Shown: positions 8,549 to 17,113 of the stretch, piece after piece | How the letters are laid out: every line of letters begins with the position of its first letter | Position numbering within the stretch: position 1 is the stretch's first letter | From: Dehalococcoidia bacterium | Lineage (GTDB): Bacteria > Chloroflexota > Dehalococcoidia > SZUA-161 > SpSt-899 | NCBI GenBank assembly: GCA_023271515.1 | Contig: JALPXQ010000008.1 | Coordinates: forward strand, 1-26,772 | Length of the DNA stretch: 26,772 nt | Direction: 5' to 3' | Position numbers and translations under genes: made by a program | Notes under the pieces: model-generated | Seen by the model: the letters and a program-made list of their open reading frames with translations, nothing else | What the model was told of the DNA's origin: nothing | Databases searched by the model: none

Positions 8549-8553
8549 CAATT

Positions 8554-9735
8554 CTACCTCCTGCCTTGATTTACAACCTCATCTATCATCTCAAGAATCG
8601 CTCTCTTTTTCCTTTCAATCTCCTCCCTCTCGGCCTTCTTCTTTCGCCCGTAGGAAAAAATGCCTATTGACAGGATCACGGCAAAAGCAAGTGTCCCCAC
8701 GTAGATGTGATTGTTATTGATCGTCGGTGCAAAGTCTCTATAGTTGACCACGCCGTCTTGATCCAGGTCCATGGCAAGAGACTTTGCCCTTGTTGCCATC
8801 TCAAATGCCGTTTTATAATCTGCATCCTCAAATGCCTCCTCACTACCTGAAAGCAAAGCCTCGGCCATGGCTACATTGAATCCTCGTAGCTCTGCTACTC
8901 TAATTGCCTCCCTTGCCTGGTCGATCCCTTCAATGGCCAGTTCACCGTCTCTTTTAATCGTTTCTGCCGTAGTCTTTGCCTGCTCAGCAAGGGTTTTGGC
9001 GCGTCCAAAATGCCCTCCTGCAAGCGCCCTCTCGGCCTGCCGAAGAAGACCCTCAGCCTCTGTCATATCGAGCCCTTCGGCTCTCCCCCTTTGAATCGCT
9101 TTGGCGATCTCTTCAATGATAGCGGCAATTAGTGCTTCTTCCGATTCAACCTTTATCAGCCAGAGATCACTCTCACCTGCGCCAAAAGACATTGTCCAAC
9201 CGGTTACGATAAATCCGCCGTCATCGGTCTGCTGGACTGAGAGGCCCGAATCACTTTTTGCGCCACCGAATGTGCGGCTCCACTCCTTATTCCCCGCAGA
9301 ATCGGTCTTTATCAGCCAGAGATCCGACTCACCTGCGCCGAAAGACCCTGTCGTTCCGGTTACGATAAACCCGCCGTCAACCGTCTGCTGGACTGAGCAG
9401 CCCCAATCCCTGGCTGTGCCACCGAACGTGCGGCTCCACTGCTTATTACCCGCAGGATCGGTCTTTATCAGCCAGAGATCCGACTCACCTGCGCCAAAAG
9501 AGCGTGTCCAACCGGTTATGATAAATCCGCCGTCAGTTGTCTGCTGGACTGAGAGGCCCCGATCAGATTCTGCGCCACCAAATGTGCGGCTCCACTCCTT
9601 TGCCGGCGCTCGCTCTGTGGTCTCGTCAGCCACGGCCACGCCTACGAGAGGGAAAGGGAACGCCGTTACCAGCGCGGCAACCATAAGCACCACTGCCACC
9701 CCAAACAGGATTGGTGTCAGACTTTTCATGATCAA
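8554..9735 (-). CDS. Type-I membrane surface protein. It has a signal peptide, 3 tandem blade-like repeats of about 47 aa, a helical repeat, a DxDGVVN motif, a C-terminal TM helix and a conserved basic cytoplasmic tail.
   Basis: There is an N-terminal hydrophobic signal. There are three copies of [42 protein letters not shown]. The C-terminus is [55 protein letters not shown]. Confidence 0.75.
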   Translation of the reverse strand: MIMKSLTPILFGVAVVLMVAALVTAFPFPLVGVAVADETTERAPAKEWSRTFGGAESDRGLSVQQTTDGGFIITGWTRSFGAGESDLWLIKTDPAGNKQWSRTFGGTARDWGCSVQQTVDGGFIVTGTTGSFGAGESDLWLIKTDSAGNKEWSRTFGGAKSDSGLSVQQTDDGGFIVTGWTMSFGAGESDLWLIKVESEEALIAAIIEEIAKAIQRGRAEGLDMTEAEGLLRQAERALAGGHFGRAKTLAEQAKTTAETIKRDGELAIEGIDQAREAIRVAELRGFNVAMAEALLSGSEEAFEDADYKTAFEMATRAKSLAMDLDQDGVVNYRDFAPTINNNHIYVGTLAFAVILSIGIFSYGRKKKAEREEIERKKRAILEMIDEVVNQGRR

Positions 9736-9769
9736 AACCTCCCTGAAGATTCTTAGCGCCTCCCCCTAC

Positions 9770-10012
9770 TCATTTCCCCATTTCCCTCTCAATCCCTCTC
9801 TCCCAAATGTGCTTTGCCTCTTCAATGCTTTCATCACTGATTTTAACACTCTTCCAGATTCCTCGAAGAGAGATCACCTCCCCCTCTGGTGGAGTTTTCT
9901 GGGGCTCCCCATGAAGGATTTGCATTCTTACTCGCTCGTTCTCTCTTAAGCCAACTTTGTCCAGAAGTTTGATCACCCCTTTTTGATAGATGCCCTCTAT
10001 GACCTCGGCCAT
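9770..10012 (-). CDS. Small DUF104-like protein (archaeal antitoxin-like), orphan.
   Basis: The N-terminus MAEVIEGIYQKGVIKLLDKVGLRENERVRMQI resembles archaeal DUF104 antitoxin-type proteins. There is a GGAGGT Shine-Dalgarno site 7 nt upstream of the ATG. There is no PIN or other toxin partner adjacent. Confidence 0.45.
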   Translation of the reverse strand: MAEVIEGIYQKGVIKLLDKVGLRENERVRMQILHGEPQKTPPEGEVISLRGIWKSVKISDESIEEAKHIWERGIEREMGK

Positions 10013-10042
10013 TTTCGTTACCTCCGCTAGTTTTTGCCCACA

Positions 10043-11653
10043 CTACCCCCTGCCCTCATTTACAACCTCATCTATCATCTCAAGAATCGCTCTCTCTTTC
10101 CTTTCAATCTCCTCCTTCTCGGCCTTCTTCCGTCGGCGGCGAAAAGAAACGCCTGCTGATGCAGAGATAAGGCCCAGGACAAGAAGAAATGCTCCCATGT
10201 AGATATGATTGTTGTTGATCGTCGGTGCAAAGTCTTCATGGTTGACCACGCCGTCCCGATCCACATCTAAGGCAAGCGATTTTGCGGTTGCGGCCAGTTC
10301 TACCGCTCTTTCATACTCTCTATCATCAAATGCGCTCTCAGCCTGAGAAAGCGAGCTTTCGGCCTCCACAACATCGAAACCTTTTGCCCTTTCCTGAGAG
10401 ATTACCTGCCTTGCTTCTTCGATAGAGCTTCTTGCCAGTCTCAGTTCTCTGGTAATTTCTTCCGCTTTTGCCTTTGCCTGCCGGGCAAGGCTTATGGCTC
10501 CTCCAAAATCCCCTCCTGCAAGTGTCTCCTCAGCCTGCGAAAGTACACCCTCCGCCTCGGTCATATCGAGTCGTTTGTCTATCCCCTCCTCGATTGCATC
10601 CCTGGCCTGGTTGATCGCATCAAGCGCTGCCTGAGCTTCCCCTTTTACCTCTCGTGCGGTAACCTCTGCCTGCTGGGCAAGGCTCATGGCTTCTCCATAA
10701 TCCCCTCCTGCAAGCGCCCTCTCGGCCTGCCGCAGGAGATCCTCAGCCTCAGCCATATCGAGCCCTTCGGCTCTGCCTGTTGTTATTGCCTCCTTTGCTT
10801 GCTCGATCTGCTCCAGTGCCGCTGCCCTTCTAATCCCTTCTACCTTAGCCTCTGCCTGCTGGGCAAGGCTTATGGCTTGTTCAAAATCCCCTCCTGCAAG
10901 TGCCCGCTCGGCCTGCCGAAGGAGACGCTCGGCGTCTGTCATATCAAGCCCTTCGGCTGTTCTGGCTTCGATTACTTCTCTTGCTTTGTCGATCTCTTCA
11001 ATCGCTGCTTCAGCATCCTCTTTAATGCCTTCTGCTTTAGTCTTTGCCTGCTCAGCAAGGCTTACGGCTCTTTCAAAATCGTCTGCTGCAAGCGCCCTCT
11101 CGGCCTGCCGGAGGATATCCTCAGCTTCAGCCATGTTGAGCCCTTCGGCTCTCCCGGCTTCGATTGCCTCCCTTGCCTGGGCGATGGCATTGATGGCAAA
11201 TTGAGGCATGGGGATTTCAACAAGGTTATGGTGGATGATCTGCGCGGCATGCTGGACTATTATCCGCGGCCGCACCCTATCGGCGAGGATAGAAACCTCG
11301 CCCGGGACTTGAATAAGGTTATGGTGGATGATCTGCGCGGCATGCTGGATTATAATGCGGGGCATCACCTCACCTGCGAGGCTCACCAGGGTCTCCGCAG
11401 GCTCCACAAGGTCAAATTCTTGCACGCTGTCGGCGTCTTCCACGACAATCTCAGGGCCGCTTGCGGCATGCACCCTGGAATTTACCGCCAGATATGCCGA
11501 TACGGCCAGCACCAACGCGGCCAGAATCAAGACCATCAGGGGGATTCTCCCCCTGAAACCCCCTGAAGAGCGGTCATCCTTAGGATTTTTAAAGGAGCTT
11601 CGCTCCTTTATTCTCCAGGGCGGTTTACACTGGTTTATCCTTATCCTGAACAA
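10043..11653 (-). CDS. Type-I membrane surface protein, paralog of 8554-9735. It has a signal anchor, a 2x 31-aa tandem repeat and 5 helical repeats of about 37 aa. It ends with a DxDGVVN motif, a TM helix and the conserved tail.
   Basis: The C-terminus [72 protein letters not shown] is nearly identical to the upstream paralog at the DNA level. It contains repeats of the form [32 protein letters not shown]. The true start may be the internal Met near 11536 (MVLILAALVLAVSAYLA). Confidence 0.7.
   Translation of the reverse strand: MFRIRINQCKPPWRIKERSSFKNPKDDRSSGGFRGRIPLMVLILAALVLAVSAYLAVNSRVHAASGPEIVVEDADSVQEFDLVEPAETLVSLAGEVMPRIIIQHAAQIIHHNLIQVPGEVSILADRVRPRIIVQHAAQIIHHNLVEIPMPQFAINAIAQAREAIEAGRAEGLNMAEAEDILRQAERALAADDFERAVSLAEQAKTKAEGIKEDAEAAIEEIDKAREVIEARTAEGLDMTDAERLLRQAERALAGGDFEQAISLAQQAEAKVEGIRRAAALEQIEQAKEAITTGRAEGLDMAEAEDLLRQAERALAGGDYGEAMSLAQQAEVTAREVKGEAQAALDAINQARDAIEEGIDKRLDMTEAEGVLSQAEETLAGGDFGGAISLARQAKAKAEEITRELRLARSSIEEARQVISQERAKGFDVVEAESSLSQAESAFDDREYERAVELAATAKSLALDVDRDGVVNHEDFAPTINNNHIYMGAFLLVLGLISASAGVSFRRRRKKAEKEEIERKERAILEMIDEVVNEGRG
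11222..11407. repeat. 93-bp tandem direct repeat (2 copies) within surface protein gene 10043-11653.
   Basis: aaggttatggtggatgatctgcgcggcatgctgga occurs at 11222 and 11315. It encodes the duplicated 31-aa segment PRIIIQHAAQIIHHNL. Confidence 0.8.
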
Positions 11654-11814
11654 AGGTTCACCTCCCGTCGCGAGCGCATGCCCGAGATGGCAATCATGCC
11701 TTGTCCATCAGTCTAAAGGGTGGAGCAAAGACCAGGTTCATCCCTCTCGGTAGACAAGGACGATAGCAAATGATCCTGCCCACACCCTCGCGATTTGGTG
11801 GAACACATCTGGCC

Positions 11815-12513
11815 TTAGCTGAGCCGGTGAGAGTGTTCCATGTGAGTCTGCTCCCGCAACTCGCTCTCCATCAATATTAAGGGGGGGGGGTCGGTCATGA
11901 ACGACCTCTCAAAGACGGTTAAGGCCCCGGGTATCTTGAGGTTAAAGCTGTCATGGTCAACAATGATCATCATCCTATCAGCATCGGGGTGTCTGAAGTC
12001 GTAGTGTTTTACCTCGGCAATACCCACTCCAGCAGCCGTGGTTACCTGCATCAGTACTCTCTCCAGCCTTGTGCTGCCCAAATCCCCCAGGTCAATTATC
12101 CTGGCTACCGGATGCTCGCGGCCATAAAAGGCCACTATCCAACCATTCCGGTGGAGAAAGACATGTGCATCCCACTCTTCGTCGTGCCCAGGCACTCCGA
12201 CTGAGCCGATAATGTATTCATCCGTCTCGCGCTCTATCGTTCTGAATGCCCCCCTTGCCCTCACCAGATCAATCTCCCGGCCCACATTGGTAAAGGCCGA
12301 GATTCCCGCCTGCTCCTCAAGGAAATTGGCCCCCGCTGTTCCGGCGGCAAACGCCGGCCGCGCCAGGGTGATCAGTCCGGATATTCCGGCCGCCGCGCGG
12401 GGAGTCTCGCCGCCCCCCGCCCCGGAACCCGGTGGGATAAAGACCGGAACCGCGGCAACGATCACCGCCAGGACTACCAAAGCCCCACCAATCCTCCAGA
12501 TATGCTTCCTCAT
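11815..12513 (-). CDS. Secreted or membrane-anchored protein of unknown function, with an N-terminal TM or signal sequence.
   Basis: It is a 232 aa ORF with a hydrophobic N-terminus (GGALVVLAVIVAAVPVFI). It contains a G10 homopolymer at 11881-11890 that encodes PPP near the C-terminus. Confidence 0.5.
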   Translation of the reverse strand: MRKHIWRIGGALVVLAVIVAAVPVFIPPGSGAGGGETPRAAAGISGLITLARPAFAAGTAGANFLEEQAGISAFTNVGREIDLVRARGAFRTIERETDEYIIGSVGVPGHDEEWDAHVFLHRNGWIVAFYGREHPVARIIDLGDLGSTRLERVLMQVTTAAGVGIAEVKHYDFRHPDADRMMIIVDHDSFNLKIPGALTVFERSFMTDPPPLILMESELREQTHMEHSHRLS

Positions 12514-12595
12514 GGTTTACCTCCCTAAAATAGAGATTTTGCTTGGTCTGATCAGACATGCTTTTACACGATGCCCCTCCTCGTATCCATCGCCG

Positions 12596-15500
12596 TCAGG
12601 CAGCTCGTCTTTTTATGAGTAAGACGATCAGTCCTAGCGCTGCAATTCCGGCTGCGATCCACGGGTTCGCCTGAACAAGCTGAATAAGCTGAGCAAGTAG
12701 TCTTTCACCAATGCGAAGTAGTCTTTCGCCAATATCAAGTAGTCTTTCACCAATGTCTGGTGCCTGGGGCAAGACCACCTCGACTATTGTTGAGAAACTA
12801 TTTATCACCCCATCGTTATCTGCTATCGTCAGTGTTACCATATAGTCTCCAGCAACTGAAAAGCTATGCTCGATTACCCTACCAGTTCCAGTGGTTCCAT
12901 CCCCAAAGTCCCATTCATAGGATATTATCTCGCCATCAGGGTCAGACGAACCAGACGCATCGAAGGTGATGGGCTGATCTACAATCATCTCCTCCGGGGA
13001 GTATGCAAAAGATGCGATTGGTTGTTGAAGCATTCTCTGTTCCTCAAATACCCCGTCGCCATCAGCATCCGTCTTCATGGTAACCCCTGCCTGGACGGGA
13101 ACTTCTGTATCAATAACAAATCGGTGTGTTGTAGTCTCTGTCGTGGGGACATCAGTAATAGCAAAACTCTCAATTTGTCCTTCCACGCTAGAAATCGTTG
13201 TTAATCGATATGTTGCCTCCTCTATACCTGCAACCTCTAAGTAATAGATGCCAGTTGGAGCAAATATAGTAACAATCTTATTTTCCGTATCATACATTGA
13301 ATATGGAATTTCTTCTTTTACTACTCCATCTACTAAACCAGTAACTCGTCCCTGAGAATCGTAAACCCGTAACTCTCCAGGACTGGCAAATGCTACAACT
13401 CTGAGGTCAGCAGGCAATATATTCAGAAATTCTCTTCTGATAAAATGTGCTGCGATATTCTTGTGAGAATCCATCCTGATAGTGGTAACGGGTGCATGTA
13501 CATCTGCAATAGTCCCAACATCTCCTTTCCAACCAACAAACTTCCAACCTGGAGCAGGATATGCCCTAATTTCTACTTGTTTTAGTTCTCCTCTAGGAAA
13601 AATAGTATCTCCAGGTTTATTAACTGTCCCCTCGCCAATAATATCCATTGAAAGTGTTACATCTTCGGAAATGAAGGTAACCAATGCAAACCCTATTATT
13701 GGATTCCCCCTCCAAAAATCTTGATATACACCTATTCCAAGACTTACAAGAGTATTTCCTGCAGCTCTAATAAGATTAATAGGAGCAAGGAGACGGTCTA
13801 TAACCCACCCTTTACCATACTCCCTAACTGTATCAGATTTTGCAATATCAAGTAAAAGTGGTGGTAAAGAATTAAGTACGACTTCACGCCCTTCAGGACA
13901 GAATACAATAGTTCTAGGAGTTAACACAAGCTGCCCCATCTGTAATAATGTTCTAGATTGAATATATTCTACAACTTCTTTTAAATGCTCATGATCCTCA
14001 AATTCTATATAAAGTTGTAATGCAAACTTAGGTTCAGCCGGAACTCCAAATACTCCTAATGCTGCTGATAATAATTCCATTGCTATTGCAACGTGCACTA
14101 TCGCCATTTCAACTTCCAATATATCTCCAGGTAGAAGAGTATTAAGCTTCACCGTGTATGTTACGCTTCCCTTAGGAGGGACTAGTCTAAAATAATTACC
14201 AAAACTTTCTTTCTGAAGATGTTCCATAAAGCCATCTATACTTTCTAAAGTTACATCTTCCCTAATAAACCGAGGTTTAAATTCAACCCACATATCTAAA
14301 GAGTTGTGTACAGTTAGCTCAACAATGCGCTTCTCCTCATCGACATATATAGGAGCAGATCCCCTTATACGCCAATCATCACCGCTAATTTTAAAAAACG
14401 CTGTTTTATATGGTAGTGCCGGCGGGGTGACTTCTAGTGCCTCGGTGAAGGTCCTTGAAGCCAGGTGCCGATCCCCAGCATCTATCCTGCCGTTGTTGTT
14501 GACATCCTCCACCAGAGAGACGAGCAGGTTATACCTGCCTGGGGGTGCATCTGTCGGCATTACAAACGAACGCTGGACGGTGCTGGAACCTGAAACGATG
14601 GCGACCTGGCGATCATTGGCCGGATCGCTCAGAGGCGATCTCCCGGGCAACTGGATGCTGGCCCCCAACAGAACCGTCCTTGTGGGCCCTGGATTTGCCA
14701 CGTTGTATGTAATGGTGATCGTCTCTCCGGCCGCAGCGGTGCTGGGTGACGGGTGAGCAGATGTGATTGTTGGGTCTGGTGGTGGCGCCGGCGGGGTGAC
14801 TTGTAGTGCCCCGGTGAAGGTCCTTGAAGCCAGGTGCCGATCCCCGGCATCTATCCTGCCGTTGTTGTTGACATCCTCCACCAGAGAGACGAGCAGGTTA
14901 TACCTGCCTGGGGGTGCATCTGTCGGCATTACAAACGAACGCTGGACGGTGCTGGAACCTGAAACGATGGCGACCTGGCGATCATTGGCCGGATCGCTCA
15001 GAGGCGATCTCCCGGGCAACTGGATGCTGGCCCCCAACAGAACCGTCCTTGTGGGCCCTGGATTTGCCACGTTGTATGCAATGGTGATCGTCTCTCCGGC
15101 CGTAGCCGTGCTGGGTGACGGGTGAGCAGATGTGATTGTTGGGGCTGGTGGTGGTGCCGCCAGTAGACGAAGCCTGCTGGGCGTGGAGCTGCCAATGTTG
15201 TTATTCTCATTCGATTCGGTGACTTGTTTAAAGCCATCAACAAAGACTGTCACATAGTAATCCCCCGGGGCAGGAACTGCTGATGGGATGGCGTTAGTGG
15301 TGATAGTGAGCGTTCTAGAGGCACCAGGACCGAGCGAGGCTACAGGGAAATTGCCCAAACCGTGGCGAGTTCCCCATCGACGGGTGGATAGAGAAACACG
15401 GAGGTGGAATGAGCCCGAGGCGGCATCACCCCGGTTTTTCACTGTAAAAGCAACCGAAATTTCATCGCCGTGAGCTACCTCAGCAGGGTCGAAGGTGACG

Positions 15501-15631
15501 CGGGTCGTCACAGTAAGATCAGGGAGTCCAGCGCTGGCTATCGCGGTGGGTACTGTCAAAGCGCTCGCGCTGAACAGCAGCAGGGTGGTCATAAGGATGG
15601 CGAAAATGCTGAGAGTAGTTCTCTTTTGCAT
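12596..15631 (-). CDS. Large surface adhesin-like protein of 1011 aa. It has a signal peptide, a CARDB-like domain, 2 identical Ig-like repeats of 123 aa, a central domain of unknown function, a PKD domain and a C-terminal TM anchor preceded by 3x IGERLL.
   Basis: The N-terminal signal is followed by a CARDB-like segment (PDLTVTTRVTFDPAEVAHGDEISVAFTVKNRGDAASG). The PKD motif is ITFDASGSSDPDGEIISYEWDFGDGTTGTG...GDYMVTLTIADNDG. The C-terminus is PWIAAGIAALGLIVLLIKRRAA. There is an AGGAGG Shine-Dalgarno site upstream of ATG 15631. Confidence 0.8.
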   Translation of the reverse strand: MQKRTTLSIFAILMTTLLLFSASALTVPTAIASAGLPDLTVTTRVTFDPAEVAHGDEISVAFTVKNRGDAASGSFHLRVSLSTRRWGTRHGLGNFPVASLGPGASRTLTITTNAIPSAVPAPGDYYVTVFVDGFKQVTESNENNNIGSSTPSRLRLLAAPPPAPTITSAHPSPSTATAGETITIAYNVANPGPTRTVLLGASIQLPGRSPLSDPANDRQVAIVSGSSTVQRSFVMPTDAPPGRYNLLVSLVEDVNNNGRIDAGDRHLASRTFTGALQVTPPAPPPDPTITSAHPSPSTAAAGETITITYNVANPGPTRTVLLGASIQLPGRSPLSDPANDRQVAIVSGSSTVQRSFVMPTDAPPGRYNLLVSLVEDVNNNGRIDAGDRHLASRTFTEALEVTPPALPYKTAFFKISGDDWRIRGSAPIYVDEEKRIVELTVHNSLDMWVEFKPRFIREDVTLESIDGFMEHLQKESFGNYFRLVPPKGSVTYTVKLNTLLPGDILEVEMAIVHVAIAMELLSAALGVFGVPAEPKFALQLYIEFEDHEHLKEVVEYIQSRTLLQMGQLVLTPRTIVFCPEGREVVLNSLPPLLLDIAKSDTVREYGKGWVIDRLLAPINLIRAAGNTLVSLGIGVYQDFWRGNPIIGFALVTFISEDVTLSMDIIGEGTVNKPGDTIFPRGELKQVEIRAYPAPGWKFVGWKGDVGTIADVHAPVTTIRMDSHKNIAAHFIRREFLNILPADLRVVAFASPGELRVYDSQGRVTGLVDGVVKEEIPYSMYDTENKIVTIFAPTGIYYLEVAGIEEATYRLTTISSVEGQIESFAITDVPTTETTTHRFVIDTEVPVQAGVTMKTDADGDGVFEEQRMLQQPIASFAYSPEEMIVDQPITFDASGSSDPDGEIISYEWDFGDGTTGTGRVIEHSFSVAGDYMVTLTIADNDGVINSFSTIVEVVLPQAPDIGERLLDIGERLLRIGERLLAQLIQLVQANPWIAAGIAALGLIVLLIKRRAA
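14400..15137. repeat. Perfect tandem duplication, 2 copies of 369 bp differing by a few SNPs, inside adhesin gene 12596-15631.
   Basis: The block starting near 14421 (ggcggggtgacttctagtgcc...) recurs at 14790. The two ORF-track antisense ORFs 14304-14756 and 14763-15125 are near-identical. The duplication encodes a duplicated Ig-like module of 123 aa. Confidence 0.9.
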
Positions 15632-15752
15632 GATTTCCTCCTTAATATTCTAGCACCTCTTGCAGGTCTGCTCCCACTGAATTTTCAATTCTTTTGCAAG
15701 GTAAGCGTTCAGCCAGCCTTTCCCCATTTATCCCTCCTTTGACCTTCACCCT

Positions 15753-17009
15753 TCAGCCTACCTTATATTCCCTGGCAGCCTCTATCAACTCCCTGAACAT
15801 CTCACCCTCTCCCGTTCCGCTTAATTCTTTGACTGCTTTTGGATACCAAGAAGCAAGCACAGTCTTCTTCCCTTTCAACACCTGGTCGAAGTCTTCCATC
15901 GTTATCTCTCTCCTGGGGGTCATCTCTTTGATCCTCTCCCCCAGGGGAATCATTGCCGCCTTCTCACAGATATCTGCGATCTCAGCGCTGGCATATCCCT
16001 CGGTGATCTCTGCCAGTCTCTGCAGACTGACTGATCTGGAGACAGGCTTATTCTTCAGATTTATCTCCAGGATTTTTTTGCGAGCCTCAATATCGGGATG
16101 GGGGAGGAAAACCGTTGTATCGAACCTCCCTGACCTTCTCAAAGCAACATCAACAGCCCAGGGGCGATTGGTAGCTGCAAGAACAAGATAGCGTTTAGTT
16201 GTGCCTTTCGCTTCCAGACCATCCATCTGTGATAACAGCTCGCTTACCAGGCTTCTCTCGTGCCCCTCCATTGACCCGGAGCGCTCCCCTGCCAGGGAGT
16301 CGAACTCATCGAAGAATAACATTGCCTTTTCATAGCTTCTGGCAACGTTGAAGATTTCCTTGATGTTTTTCTCGCTTTCTCCTACGTATTTGTCCTTGAT
16401 ATCGCTGCCTTTTAGACTGACGAAGGCTGCATCGGATTCGGCCGCCGCCGCCGCCGCGAGCATCGTTTTTCCGCATCCCGGAGGACCGTATAAGAGAATC
16501 CCCCCACCCGGTTTAACCCCAAAGTACTCGTACTCCTCCGGGTACTTGAAGGGATAAACAATTGCCTCCTTGATGTTCTCCTTTACTCTGGCTAAACCGG
16601 CGATATCGCTGAATCTTATCTTCGGTTTTTCCGCCAGGATCAGACCTTTAACCCTCTCCCCTGTCTTTTCTTTCTCTATCCTCCCCCCGGGTGTCTTTTT
16701 AACCCCTTCCTCCGGTGGTATCATGCCATCCGTATATACTTTAACAGTCCCTTCTTTGAGCCCCTCGGCGATCTCCCTGAATTTCTTGGATCTGTCCAGC
16801 AGCTCTTTTCGCTTATCCCTCGGTGACATATCTGCAAGATGCTCCAGGAATTTAGCGCACTTTAAGTACTCCACACTGGCTTTCGCCATGCTGCCTTCAT
16901 CATAGTGCCTCCTGGCCAGATTAAGGGATTTCTTATACTCGGCTTGGACCGCATCTCTCAGCTCCATACTTATTCCCTCCATAGTCGGGTTATCGGGTTC
17001 AGGGTTCAC
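15753..17009 (-). CDS. vps4: MIT-domain AAA+ ATPase, Vps4/CdvC-like (copy 2). The likely true start is ATG 16967 (MELRD...).
   Basis: It has an MIT-like N-terminus. It has Walker A GPPGCGKT, Walker B LFFDEFD, RSGRFDT and a Vps4-like C-terminus. The ORF-track start 17009 is GTG. An internal ATG at 16967 is preceded by GGAGGGA with a 6 nt spacer. Confidence 0.85.
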   Translation of the reverse strand: MNPEPDNPTMEGISMELRDAVQAEYKKSLNLARRHYDEGSMAKASVEYLKCAKFLEHLADMSPRDKRKELLDRSKKFREIAEGLKEGTVKVYTDGMIPPEEGVKKTPGGRIEKEKTGERVKGLILAEKPKIRFSDIAGLARVKENIKEAIVYPFKYPEEYEYFGVKPGGGILLYGPPGCGKTMLAAAAAAESDAAFVSLKGSDIKDKYVGESEKNIKEIFNVARSYEKAMLFFDEFDSLAGERSGSMEGHERSLVSELLSQMDGLEAKGTTKRYLVLAATNRPWAVDVALRRSGRFDTTVFLPHPDIEARKKILEINLKNKPVSRSVSLQRLAEITEGYASAEIADICEKAAMIPLGERIKEMTPRREITMEDFDQVLKGKKTVLASWYPKAVKELSGTGEGEMFRELIEAAREYKVG

Positions 17010-17106
17010 GGGTCACGGTTGATGGTTCACGGTTCATGGTTATTTGTCTAACCGTTCAATCTTGATCGCTCTAACCTTGAACCGTGAACCCCGGCAACTT
17101 TGAATC
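16987..17106. repeat. GGTTCA-rich inverted-repeat intergenic element (copy B), in the 5' region of the Vps4-like copy 2 gene.
   Basis: The sequence is gggttatcgggttcagggttcacgggtcacggttgatggttcacggttcatgg...taaccgttcaatcttgatcg...cttgaaccgtgaacc. The arms GGTTCACGGTTCA and TGAACCGTGAACC form a dyad. Confidence 0.7.
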
Positions 17107-17113
17107 TAAGCAG

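Noticed and set aside
9101-9949. 282-aa plus-strand ORF with repeated [12 protein letters not shown] segments.
   Set aside because: It is antisense to surface protein gene 8554-9735. Its periodicity simply mirrors the 3x blade repeats on the coding strand. It has no Shine-Dalgarno site, so it is a shadow ORF.
10799-11566. 255-aa and 110-aa plus-strand ORFs rich in Cys, Ser and Ala.
   Set aside because: They are antisense to the helical-repeat region of gene 10043-11653. Their repetitive composition comes from the coding-strand repeats.
11654-11814. 160-nt intergenic region examined for tRNA or other small RNA.
   Set aside because: It has no cloverleaf-compatible arms or T-loop-like GTTCRANYC motif. 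It is more likely the promoter and leader of 10043-11653 plus the 3' UTR of 11815-12513.
10390-15137. Possible CRISPR array suggested by periodic direct repeats (111-bp units, 93-bp units, 369-bp units).
   Set aside because: The repeats are 93 to 369 bp, in frame, and encode protein repeats. There are no short (28-37 bp) repeats with unique spacers and no cas genes.
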